From the NCBI GenBank assembly GCA_964252035.1, contig OZ176200.1: a stretch of DNA of 64,000 nucleotides, one strand, 5' to 3'. Below the pieces are notes generated by a model, which made no database searches, was not told the origin of the DNA, and saw only the letters and a program-made list of their open reading frames with translations. Position numbers and translations under genes: made by a program. This DNA is from Podarcis erhardii (taxonomy: Eukaryota). Below are positions 1 to 11,088 of the stretch, in pieces (position 1 is the stretch's first letter; each line of letters opens with the position of its first letter).

Positions 1-255
1 AAGATGGGAACAAAGCTCAAAGTAGTTGACTCTGCTTGCCGTTGGCTCTAGCTCCCCCTACTGCTGGCCTCCTGCATTATGCCCTAGCAGTCCCAATGGA
101 TGTCACTGACACACAGCCACTAATGACACACGTGTAGGTGTAAAAAAAGTCCACAACCTTTTTTTTGCACAATACCTTCCATGGTTTGGTGTAGCAAGCG
201 GCAGGGACTAAAAGACCCCATCCAGCTTTCTGGGTAGAATTTCAGAGGAAGCAAA

Positions 256-438
256 AGCAATGTGGTATAGTGGTTAGAGTGGGAGACCAGGGCTGAAATC
301 CCTGCTTGGCCCTGCTTGCTTCAGCCTAACGCACACCACAGAGTTGTTGTGGGGATTAAATGGGGGGGGGGGGAACAACCATGTATGCCACCTTGAGCTC
401 CTTGGAGAAAAGGTGTGATATAAATGCAATTAATAAAT
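256..438 (+). mobile_element. Degenerate tRNA-derived SINE (MIR/Squam3-like)
   Basis: A-box-like head TGTGGTATAGTGGTTAGAG; body with GTTGTTGTGGGGATTAAA; tail CCTTGAGCTCCTTGGAGAAAAGG...TATAAATGCAATTAATAAAT. Confidence 0.6.
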
Positions 439-1840
439 CATAAGACGAGGTTCATTGTACTGACCATTTTCCCTCCCGCCCCCAATATCTGACGGTATCA
501 TTGATTAGGTCCCAAGAAATTTGAGTTCCTATAATGAGGCACCCTCAAAACAAGCTATTGGGGAAGTCTCACTCTTCTTACTTCTCAAAGTGGCATCCTT
601 GCCCAGTCCCAAGGTGCAGAGTTTGCACCTGGCTGGCTGGATTCCAGCACCAAAATAAGAGATAGACACTGTCTTCTCCACAGAATTCCCTGCAGTTGTA
701 TGAGTTCTCCAGATAAGCAGCTACACACATGCACACACCACAAATGTGGGCAGGAATTTTGCATCACCTTTGTTATTTATCTCAAGCGAGTCTTCAACTC
801 ACTTGGGTGCTAAGCATGCTTCCCTAAACAATGCTAGGGAAGCTATAGCACTTTTCATTCCCTTTTTTGTGATACTATCCTACAAGACTTACTACGAAAT
901 ATGGGTTTGCCACATCAGAATGGCAATGCCGGGATAAGGAGTAAGGCGAAGACGCTGCTATAATAATGTGATCTCTATAAAAGGATTTCCCTATTCCTTT
1001 CATTTAACCTACATTTGGCTCGAAAGATCTGAGCAGAAATTTACAGCTGCCCATTTCTACCGTGCTCAGATGTAGCAGTCATCCCATTAGAGCATACTGG
1101 CTTTGGCGTAATGGGTCGCATAAAAGTTCTATTGCACTGTCTGCAACTTTGAAGCAAAGACCTTCCCCAAAGTATGATATCTTAACTGAGGCCGTCTAGT
1201 CGAAGTTCCACACTCTAAAGGCAAAAATAGATTGCACTTGGTTTGTTAGTTGACTTTTTTATTATTTCCTAAAGCCTTGTGATTAAGTGAAAAGCTTGCG
1301 TGGACTAAATCTTGCAGCCGTTTGATGTTCCAACCTGCCTCTGGCACTTTCAGACTTGCTGTTTTGCTACTGATAATTTTTAAACTCTCCAAAGAGACCT
1401 CTGCTCTGTTCATGTGTGTTTGCATAGCCTCTGTAAAACTCAAGTTGTGTGTTAATGCTCGTTGTAGCAGTTACACCCCAGGTGTCTCCCCCGCGTAATA
1501 CTAATACTGTGGCTGGCAAGCCAAAACCCTGTGGTTGATATGAAGCACTCAAATTTGTACAAATTTACTGGATTTCTTTTGTAAAATGGTTACACGGTTT
1601 CCTCAAAAGAAATGGAGTCGGGCTCTAGCAAATTCTAGAGGACATGGAGAATAAAGTGCCCGATAGTAAAATTCTTCCTTCTTCAGAGATGAGAAGCTTT
1701 ATACTGAGATCACCACTGGTTTGAATCTACTGCTTTGAAATGTAACGGCTTCTGTCTGAAATTAGTAATTGATTTCTTAAACTCTGCCATGAAGAGAGGA
1801 GGACTGAGAGCTGAAAGGGCACAGTGGCTAGGCTGAATCT

Positions 1841-1955
1841 TACATAACGAGAGCCCTGCTATATCAGACCAAAGGCCCATCTAGTTCAGCATCCTGTTCC
1901 CCCAGTGATCAGCCAGCTGCCAATGGAAAGCCAGCAAGATGAACCTGCCTGCAGC
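1841..1955 (-). mobile_element. CR1-type LINE 3' end fragment
   Basis: ACATAACGAGAGCCCTGCT...GGCCCATCTAGTTCAGCATCCTGTT is the reverse complement of the CR1 3' tail also seen at 34595-34833 and 43251 onward. Confidence 0.5.
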
Positions 1956-2032
1956 CCTGCTAGTTCGTCAGCTGCCTCCTCAGCTACCATGGAAATCTTG
2001 GACAGCTGGCTCCTCGCCTTATGTGTCATTGG

Positions 2033-2216
2033 CATAAGAGCCAACTCCTAGGGGCCAAGGTCTCTTCACCCCCCAAAAAATTGAGAGGGCCACCCCCACC
2101 CCAAATGATGGGCATTGACATTCAAATGGTGTGTGGGCGCCGTGTCTTGTGATTGATTATGTGTGGCAGGAATTCCCTGGGGTCCCTCTCATATTTTATC
2201 CAAGTTGGCACTTCAG
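2033..2216. mobile_element. Non-autonomous DNA transposon (hAT-like MITE), degenerate
   Basis: Imperfect terminal inverted repeats CATAAGAGCCAACT / AGTTGGCACTTCAG; no clean target-site duplication (TSD). Confidence 0.5.
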
Positions 2217-2729
2217 GGAATCAGCTTCCTCCCACTCCCCACCCCACCCCCTTGGCAGTAGGTAAGCAGAACAAAGGAAAAGGAGTCTCTTACCAGTTAG
2301 AAACTTTCATGATCACAGCGAGAGAACAAAGAATCCATTCCTAGGAATGAAGGTGCTCCCAATGAAGGGTCCCACCCACTTCCTCCCTAGTCACCCATGT
2401 CACTACCGCGTCTTGTAAGCTGATCACACAACCACTGTGCTTTCTGTTCTGCCACCTTATCAGCTCTTCTTGTCCTTGGGCTGGGCGGAGGAATGCTTCC
2501 CAGAGACAGTGAATCTGTTAATTCTCTCTCTCCCAGTGCTTCTTCTCCTAGCTGTTCCCCATCCACTACTTCCCAGCTTCTGCCTTCTGAACTATGTCCC
2601 TCTGCAAACCACTGTTCCAAATCTATACTGTCCTCCTGCTCCTGGGAAGATTCAGGATCCTGATCAGGAGCAGGGGGAGGCTCCCACCATTCCTCCTCAG
2701 TGCAGACCTCCTCAGGACAGTCCCTGACA
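2212..2729 (-). mobile_element. LTR-like element, copy A (same family as 50548-51052)
   Basis: Ends in CCTGACA like copy B; shares TCAGGGAATC, CTCTTACCA and CTGCAAACCACTGTT..ATCTATACTGTC with copy B; left boundary obscured by the MITE at 2033-2216. Confidence 0.55.
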
Positions 2730-3188
2730 GCACCCCTGGTATCTTCTGGCAATATTGTAGCAGGACCCTTTCCCAAGTCACCACTTGAGTTCTTGCCACA
2801 CCCAGCCTCTCATTCTTCCTCCTCTGCTGGCCATCTATCTTGGTTGGCACCATGGGACCCACGGCAGGGTTGGTTTTTTTTGTCCCAATGTGCCTCACTT
2901 TTCACTTGCATACATTGAATCACATCTGCTGCTTCAATCCCCATCCATCTCTTAAGGATAGAGTCTTCCCCTTCTGGGTGGCCTGTCTCAAAGGGTGATC
3001 ACTATTCCAAGCAGACCCCAGGGTAGTAACCATTAGCTATCTGTTCCCCAGCAAAAACTGCTCTTTTATAAGATGTATACTATCCAGGTAAACAAGGCAC
3101 TGTTAAACAGCATACATGTGGAAGGGTTACAGCTCAGTAGCAGAGGACATGTTCTGCTTGCCAAAGATCTCAGGTTCAGTTCCAAGTA

Positions 3189-3437
3189 CAGTCATACCTT
3201 GGATCCGAAATGCCACCGAGTCGAACATTTTGGCTCCTGAACACTGCAAACCCAGAGGTGAGTGTTCCGTCTTGCGAACGTTCTTTGGAACCCGAATGTC
3301 CGATGTGACTTCCGCAGCTTCCGATTGGCTGCAGGAGCTTCCTGCAGCCAATTGGAAGCTGTGCCTTGGTTTCTGAACATTTTGGAAATTGAACAGACTT
3401 CCAGAACAGATTCCGTTCGACTTCCGGGGTACCACTG
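3189..3437. mobile_element. Tc1/mariner (Tigger-like) MITE
   Basis: TA on both sides (3187-3188, 3438-3439); termini CAGTCATACC / GGTACCACTG; internal palindrome TTGGCTGCAGGA-GCT-TCCTGCAGCCAA; homologous to 45111-45356. Confidence 0.85.
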
Positions 3438-3502
3438 TATCTCTAGGTAGGGCAGGGAAAGACTCCTGTCTGAAACCCCAGAGAGCCACTGGAAGTAAAT
3501 GT

Positions 3503-3627
3503 AGGTCGGGGTGTCTAATCAGTAGCCCTGCAGATGTTGTTGGAGTCCCAGCCAGCATGGCCAGTGGTCAGGATGATGGGATTTGTAGTCCAACCACAAC
3601 TGGAAGGCCATAGGTTGGTCATTCCTG
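3503..3627. repeat. Short palindromic MITE-like repeat (~125 bp family)
   Basis: CCCTGCAGATGTTGTTGGA...GATGATGGGATTTGTAGTCCAACCACAACTGGAAGGCCATAGG; several related copies in the window. Confidence 0.6.
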
Positions 3628-4618
3628 CTGCAGGCAATCCTGAGCTAGATGGACAAATGATTTCATATGAAACAAGGCAGCTGCCCAGGGTCCTATCCTT
3701 GGTGGGTTTTTGTTTTTGTTTTTGTTTTTTGCCATTTAGCACAACTAAAAAGGTGCAATTTATTTTGTAGAAGGGAAGTAAGTGTTCTTCCTTATAGAGC
3801 TTTATCATACATATGCCAAAGAGTGAATCTGAAAAGGTAGCATATGTATCTTGTTCCATCTGTGCGTCTGTCTCTTCATCAGACTGGAAAAGTGTAAAAA
3901 GACTCTCAAACTAGGTCACCTTTTATCATACCACAGAAAAAGCTTGTAACAAGACACTGCACTTTCTTGATGCTACAATTCATTGGTTGCTGTCCTGTTA
4001 ATTAAGTACGCAAATATTTTTCCAAACAGCCCAAGGAGCACTAGATCCTTTGGATAGGCAGAGCTTCATAAAAGCTGCTGTAGTGTTTCTATGGAGGATG
4101 CACAATGAATTCTGATAAACTGGAGCTTGAAAATACCATGGTTCAGCAAATGGGGATTCTGCTGAAAACTAGATTCAGCGGCTGAGTGCATCAATGACAG
4201 GCATGTCATCATTACAATAGCAATCTGTGATATTTTTAAATATGTCTCTGACGAGGAAGTCCCCCTCCCCCATTGGAAGATTTTCCAGAAAGTCAAGTAC
4301 ATACAAAAATCTGCTTGTTAGGAGAAATTCACATTAAGATACTGAAGAATTTTCATAAGGAACTTGATGGAGAACAGATTTTTTTAAGAAAGAAAGGAAC
4401 CAGAAAATTGGCAGATTTGTCAATCCCTAGAGATATGCCATGTGAATATTGTTTTCTCTTAAGCAGGCACATATTGAAGGTCAAATTTTGTCCCATTTCA
4501 GAGATGCTGTGTAATGTGATGTGTTGTCTTATGCAGTAATTCCAGTACAATTTCTATTCCTTATCTAGATCCACAATAGTGAAAGAGATGAGATATTATA
4601 AAAATCATTTGTACTTTA

Positions 4619-4955
4619 CCATCGTTCTGCCCGGACCACTGAAGTCCAGCTCCGAGGGCCTTCTGGCGGTTCCCTCGCTGTGAGAAACCAAGTTACAGGG
4701 AACCAGGCAGAGGGCCTTCTCGGTAGTGGCACCCGCCCTGTGGAACGCCCTCCCACCAGATGTCAAAGAGAAAAATAACTACCAAACTTTTAGAAGACAT
4801 CTAAAGGCAGCCCTGTTTAGGGAAGATTTTAATGTTTGATAGGTTATTGTATTTTAGTGTTTTGCTGGAAGCTGCCCAGAGTGGCTGGGGAAACCCAGCC
4901 AGATAGGCAGGGTATAAATAATTAATTATAATTATTATTATTATTATTATTATTG
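4619..4955 (+). mobile_element. L2-type LINE 3' end with (TTA)n tail
   Basis: GGAACCAGGCAGAGGGCCTTCTCGGTAGTGGCACCCGCCCTGTGGAACGCCCTCCC...; nearly the same sequence is at 48009-48570, where it follows an L2 C-terminal coding stretch. Confidence 0.8.
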
Positions 4956-5167
4956 AAATTATGTAAGACTTATTATTACTATTCATACTGAAATCTGCAT
5001 ATTGGGGCACTTTCATAAATTTCTTTTGATGTTGATGCTGTTGCTTATTTACTGAGACAATTTGGTTACAGAAACACTTTCTGTGGTTAAATTATTATTA
5101 TTGTTAGCAGTATCACATTTTATATTTCGGAATATCACTATGATAATTGCTCTGTTCATCTCAGGTA

Positions 5168-5867
5168 CATAGAATCATAGAACTGTAGAGCTGAAATGGA
5201 CCCCAAGGGTCATCTAGTCCAGTCCCCTGCTATGCAGAAATTTCAACTAAAGCATCCATGACAGATTGCCATCCAACCTCTGCTTAAAAACCTCCATGGA
5301 AGGAGAGTCCACCACCTTCTGAGGGAGTCCATCCCACTGTTGAATAGCTCTTACCATCGGAAAGTTCTTCCTGGTGTTTTGTTGGAATATCCTTTCTTAT
5401 AACTAGAAGCCATTGGTTTGGGTCCTACCCTCCACTGCAGGAGAAAACAAGTTTCCTCGATCTTCCATGTGTCAGCCCTTTAGATAGTTGGAGATTGGCT
5501 ATGCTGTTTCCTTCAGTCTCCTCTTTTCCAGGCTAAACATTCCCAGCGTCCTCATAATGCTTGGTTTCCAGACCTTGATCATCGTGGTTGCCCTCCTCTG
5601 CACACGTTCCAGCTTGTCAACATCTTAAATTGTGGTGCCCACAGTACTCTAGGTATGGTCTGACCAAGGTAGAAAAGAGCAGTACTATTACTTCCCTTGA
5701 TCAGGACACTATATTTCTGTTGATGCAGCCTAGAATAGCATTGGGGATATTTTTGCTGCTGCATCACACTGTGGACTCATGTTAAGCTTGTGGTCTACTA
5801 AGACCCCTAGATCCTCTTCACATGTACTACCAGCAAGCCAGCTGTCCCCCATTTTATATTTGTGCAG
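5168..5867 (-). mobile_element. CR1 LINE, 5'-truncated, decayed reverse transcriptase C-terminus
   Basis: CATAGAATCATAGAA tail; minus-strand translations YKMGDSWLAGSTCEEDLGVLVDHKLNMSPQCDAAAK and WAPQFK match CR1 ORF2 motifs; frameshifted. Confidence 0.9.
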
Positions 5868-6087
5868 CTCCTGCGCATGTTGGCCAGGGCAGAGCACAAC
5901 GGCAGAAGGAAGCCATTTTTGGAGGAGCCATAATGAATGTTCCCGTTCTAGTGGAGAAAGTGAGGCAGTGTCAGACATAGCAAGCATCCTGACAGAAGGC
6001 ACAGAGGTGGGGCTGAGAGGGGGACAAAGAAGACACCCTTTGAGATGAGTTTGAAAGCAACACTGTCCTCATTAAGAAAGTGAGTTG

Positions 6088-6287
6088 NNNNNNNNNNNNN
6101 NNNNNNNNNNNNNNNNNNNNNNNNNNNNNNNNNNNNNNNNNNNNNNNNNNNNNNNNNNNNNNNNNNNNNNNNNNNNNNNNNNNNNNNNNNNNNNNNNNNN
6201 NNNNNNNNNNNNNNNNNNNNNNNNNNNNNNNNNNNNNNNNNNNNNNNNNNNNNNNNNNNNNNNNNNNNNNNNNNNNNNNNNNNNNNN
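6088..6287. other. Assembly gap (200 N)
   Basis: Run of N. Confidence 1.
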
Positions 6288-7332
6288 CCCTTCTGTGCCG
6301 TTCCCACAAAAGACAATTTGAACTTGGAAGTGCTAGAGTAAGTGAGATATATCCATATACTGAAGAGTGGGAAGAAATGTTCGAGGCCGAGAACGAGATT
6401 AGCACGCAGACTAGCTGGGAGCTATATTTGTTACAGACATTAAAAAGCAACATGATTTCAGCTGGACAGAACATAAGCCTTAAATCTTATGCAAACATTC
6501 AAAGCTGTTTAACACTGTCTTACCCCCAAAGCCCCTGGAAGGAGGCAGGTGAATCCAGTACCAAATACATTTTTCATGTTCCTTAAGCTGACTGTTTAAA
6601 TAGTTAAGTGAACATCTGTCCAAACTTCCCATCATTTCCATTTAGAGAAGCCGCTAATTCAAAGGGTGACAAAAAGTGCCTATTTAACAATGCAGATGGT
6701 GCTGTCTGCCCCCCTTTTTTTGTTTAATCTAGATTGAGCACCACACAACTGTGATGCTAATGAATAATGGATTTTTTTATATTCGCACATGGAGTGGCAT
6801 TGCGCTCTGAACAAATCTAGGACTAGCTTGCTTCTAATTTTCCCATTTGGATATAGGGCAGTGATTTATTTATTTTATAATGGTAACCGATGTGGATATT
6901 TTAAAGATCAGAAGGGTAGCATTCTGATTTCAAAGATGAAAGCAACTTGTCAACTTTGTCATTTGGAAGAGTAACACAGATTAATATGAGTGCAGCAATA
7001 AAATGCTGAGAACCTCCATTTTTTTGCAATTTAAGTGAGCTGCATCCATCAGTGATACTTATATTTTATTGGCAAAATTGACACAAATTTGCAACTGTCT
7101 GATAAACACATTGTGTGTTACCTCCCAGTTTTCATAGAACTACTGTCCCTTTAAAGATAAACAAGTATAGTCTCATTTCAAAGATAAAGATAAAGGAAGT
7201 GGGGATACTTTCTAAAGCACAAACCAAATCAAGATGAGGCAATGTTATAGTTTCCTGAACTGATTTAGGCCATTTATATTCATAAAACCTACAGAGAGGT
7301 GATGAGTTAGTAGTCATTCAGTAGCAGCAACA

Positions 7333-7376
<44 letters not shown>

Positions 7377-7525
7377 CCCACCTTTCCTCCAAGGAGCTGG
7401 AAGTAGCATGCATGGTCCTTCCTATCCCCTTTTTACCTCACAACAACCCTGTAAGTAGGTTATGTTTAGAGAAATAATGACTGGACCAAGGTGAGCTTCA
7501 TAGCTGAGTAAAGATTAGAATCCTT
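7333..7525 (-). mobile_element. Degenerate SINE (MIR/Squam3-like) with (ATT)n tail
   Basis: (TTA)n followed by CCCACCTTTCCTCCAAGGAGCT...CTCACAACAACCCTGTAAGTAGGTT; reverse complement of the 256-438 family. Confidence 0.55.
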
Positions 7526-8180
7526 TACACCACACTGTTTGGGGCAAAAAATCATATTCAGCTGACCCCAGAAAGCACATTGTTTGAACAAATTCATGTG
7601 AGATTCAAAGTGTTCAAATATTTGTGGGGTTCCTTTTTCAGTGGGATGACTTTTGAGGGATGTGAAATGGCCAGCATAGTCATTTCCTGGCTTTGTTTCC
7701 CTTTCATTGCAAAATTCATTTAATGCCTCTTTCTACTTGTTTGCTTAAAGCTGTTGTTCACTATAGCAGCCATTAAGTTAGATAACAGCTTGAGCTAAAA
7801 CAATGTAAAGTAACAATAGGATAAAATCCATTCAACGTAGTCATTACAACAAACTAATGCGAATAAAGACCTTTCATATCAATTGACTTAGGCTGGAATT
7901 CGAAACACACTTCCAAAGGCCTAAAACCAGCTAACACAGATGAATTTCTGAGTAAACATGCAATAGATTGATCTTCATATCTAACCTTTGAAGATAGCGA
8001 TGGCTTCACTGCTGGGGCATCAGAAAAAGCTATCTCTCAAATATTTTAGGTAGGGGTAACCAATGTAGTGTCCTCCAGGTGCTATTTTGTCCCATTCATA
8101 TGTGTGTGCCCCTTCCCCCAAGAAATACTACTGAAACGGAGGAGGCCTTTTCAAAGAGCTAAAGGTTGTGCCAACCATCC

Positions 8181-8511
8181 CAGGGGCAGAGGAAAGTGAT
8201 GTGGTGGGAGCAGGCCACCCCAGGTGTCACCACTGAGGGGGGTGACAAAATGCCGGGCGGCACTCACTGCGAGGCCTGCAGCGCGCCAAAGCCATGCGTC
8301 TCTCCTGGGAGTGATGCGGTGGCTTGGGTGCCCACAGTCTCCACGCTGCCCCAAACGGTCCGCCCGCCGCCTCATCTGTAGGGCGGCTAAGTGGGAGGAG
8401 GCAGGCAGACTCCTCAGAGACCCTGTGGAGTATCCTGACCTGGGTCTCCCTGCCCCTGGGTGCAGGGTACACACGCCACTCCAGTCTCCCGATCAGCTTG
8501 CTCCACCGCTG
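8181..8511. mobile_element. GC-rich hAT MITE
   Basis: Termini CAGGGGCAGAGG / GCTCCACCGCTG; 8-bp flanks AACCATCC (8173-8180) and AACCAGCC (8512-8519), a 7/8 match as expected for a hAT TSD. Confidence 0.8.
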
Positions 8512-8944
8512 AACCAGCCGCCCCATTTTTGCTTGGTTCTATTTTAAAGTGCAAGTTAGAGGACTGACACTAAAACTCTGGACAAAGAGACTCTGGATCT
8601 TCAGAGTCGTGCACAAATACTCTTAACTTTGAGAAAGAGACAAAAGCTTCAAATACTCTCCCACTTCTCCAAGAACAGGCTGCACAGGAAACTCTGGTTT
8701 CACGCAGATCTAGACAATGTTTTTCCTCTGACCTTGTGGTAACTTTTCCCATCACCTCATGATGAGACCGTATAGAAGTAGGTCATCAGAAGGTTATGAT
8801 GCATATTTTTACTCCGGCACCCAGTCGCTGATGGAACATGATTCTCAAGGCTCTGTCGAGGTAGACTACAGCCTGAGCTCAGTTATAATGGAAGCAAGGA
8901 TGCGTCACGGTTGATGAAAAGCTGAACTCAGATCTGGGTTTAAG

Positions 8945-9065
8945 TAGCATCCGTGTGACAGCTTTCTTGTGTGTGGCCTTCAACAAATCTCAGATTCAGC
9001 TCCCCATCTGTAAAATGAGAATAGTAATGAACCATCTTGCCAGTCTGTTGTGAGGATGAAAGCAG
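8945..9065 (+). mobile_element. Ancient CORE-SINE (MIR-like) fragment
   Basis: TGTGGCCTTCAACAAATC...CTCCCCATCTGTAAAATGAGAATAGTAATG...GTTGTGAGGATGAAA resembles the MIR CORE domain. Confidence 0.45.
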
Positions 9066-9932
9066 TGAAGATTGCAAATTTTCTCTACAGGATTAAAAGC
9101 ACAAATATTAGCAATAGCACTAGACCCATATTAATATTTATATATACAAGCATTTCTATCTACTCATTTGGCCCTAAAGAGCCTTTCCCCTCAAGGTAGC
9201 TTACATCTATAAAAGATGTAAGCATCAATTACAGTTATTATTGTTACATTTCTATAGCAGCAAACACGAACAAGTTGAAACAATACAATTTAAAACAAAA
9301 CAAATTTTAAAACCAACTAAAACATTTGAAAGCATATAGAACATCTAAAAACACAATGGCAAACTATCACAGCTGCTAATTTCAAGGTTGCCACGGCCAG
9401 TATCTTTCAGTCATCAAAAGCCAAGGTGAACAAGAATGTTTTTCGATTCCTCCTGAAAGTCAACAATGAAGGAAGAGACGGATGCATCTCCCCAGGTTTT
9501 GAACACATAAGAGAGACCTTATCACAGACTCATACTCACAAACTAAATCAGCACACTGTGTATTTTGTAGTTTTTACTGAGTCTTTTTTACTTAAAGTGT
9601 AGCTAGCAATTGATTGGCACCATTGTCATACAAACTTTGAAGTGGAGTCATTTGCAAACTACAGAGGTTTAGCTCTTGTGTGTTGGAAAAGGCAACAGAA
9701 CGCTGTCTTCCACACCGCTGTAGTAATTACATAATAAATCATATTGGATCTAGAGTAAGTTAGTTGTACTTAGGCCCCATTGAAATCTGCCTGAAAAATG
9801 AGACATGAAAGAGTGGAATCCCACTGATTTTTAAAAGTTTAACCCGCTCAATCAGGATCTAACCTATTGCCTTTCAAATAAAGCTATTTATTGCCTACAT
9901 TTATTGTTAAAGAGGAACTTAATCTGACCGGG

Positions 9933-10101
9933 TATGAAGTTGCTTTATATTGAGTCTGTCCAATGGTCCATCTAGTCCCACATTTTCTACTCTTGACTGG
10001 CCATAGCTCCCCAAGGTTGCAGGCCCTGCTACTTATGGTTCTTTCACCTAAAAATACAGGACCTTCTGAGTACAAAACTTGTGGTCTACGTCTGAGATAC
10101 G
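9933..10101 (-). mobile_element. Degenerate tRNA-derived SINE (3120 family)
   Basis: AAGTTGCTTTATATTGAGTC...CCAATGGTCCATCTAGTCCC...GGACCTTCTG. Confidence 0.5.
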
Positions 10102-11050
10102 GTGAACTTCCCATGTGTCGTACTTGTCAAGAGATCCCCGCCTCTTTTTAAGAGGAGTTGTGATGCATTCTTCATGTGCTGGTGATGCTGCAGCGATCTT
10201 CAAGGACTTGTAGGTGGGCCTGGAAGAGCAAACCGTACTTCTTGGAGTGTCATGCTCTGAAAGCAGCCAGTATCTGTGGAAGCAGATAACAAAGTTGGCA
10301 AAGCATTCGTGTTGACACAAAAGCTATCTCCAAAGACCAGGGGTGGGGGTGGGGTGGAACCAATTGATGTAGAGGAAGAATTACTTTCATTGAGAAATTG
10401 AAGAGAAAGGAGTAAGAGGGAAGCAACACTATTTTTTGCCAAAATTCATTTCCAGGTTGAGATTCCAATTAAGATTCTTAACATTTTAACTGTGGGAAGA
10501 TTGTACTCTTCTCAGAGGGAGACTTTGGGCCACGTAAACATGGTTTACATTGAGTCAACTTGACTCTTCCAGTGGATATGGATGGGCTGAGTAGCTTTTG
10601 CGAATGCCCATGTATGTTCAGATCACAACTCCTCCACGTCCTAGAAAATCCTCCAGTGATGTGGTAGATAATAATCTTGATCCACATGGAAGCAGTCATG
10701 GGATCTGTTCTGCACTGGAAAAATCAACTTGCATTTCCAATTCAGCACTAAATGACTGAATGTGAAATAATTCAGATGAGTTTTTTGAGCCAAACCAAAC
10801 TTGCATTGATTGATATCACCCTGGGGTCCCATCAGCATAGGATCCTATTTCAGTGTTTAGTTCTAGAATGAAAATGCCCCGACCGACACCACCACCCCCA
10901 GTCTGAAAAAAATAAGTATCATGTAGAATAAACTTTGCTCTCTCTGCCTCCCAGGTATCTTAACTTCACCCAACTTCTGCCTATAACAAAGGCAAATTGT
11001 GGCCCACAGGGAACATGTTTACATCCAGTGCTCCAAAAAAAACATACCCG

Positions 11051-11051
11051 G

Positions 11052-11084
<33 letters not shown>

Positions 11085-11088
11085 GTAT
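11051..11088. repeat. (GC)5-(AC)n alternating purine-pyrimidine microsatellite
   Basis: GCGCGCGCGCACACACAC...ACACGTAT. Confidence 0.95.

Larger units (their letters stand above)
3120..3690 (+). mobile_element. tRNA-derived SINE split into three pieces by two insertions
   Basis: Head GAAGGGTTACAGCTCAGTAGCAGAG...CAGGTTCAGTTCC (3120-3186); middle TCTAGGTAGGGCAGGGAAAGACTCCTGTCTGAAACCCCAGAGAGCCACTG (~3440-3492); tail CTGAGCTAGATGGACAAATG...AAGGCAGCT (~3635-3690); the same family is on the minus strand at 9933, 22221 and 50268. Confidence 0.65.

Noticed and set aside
5948-6586. ORFs of 122-168 aa spanning the first N gap
   Set aside because: Their length comes from the N run, and the flanking peptides match nothing I recognise.
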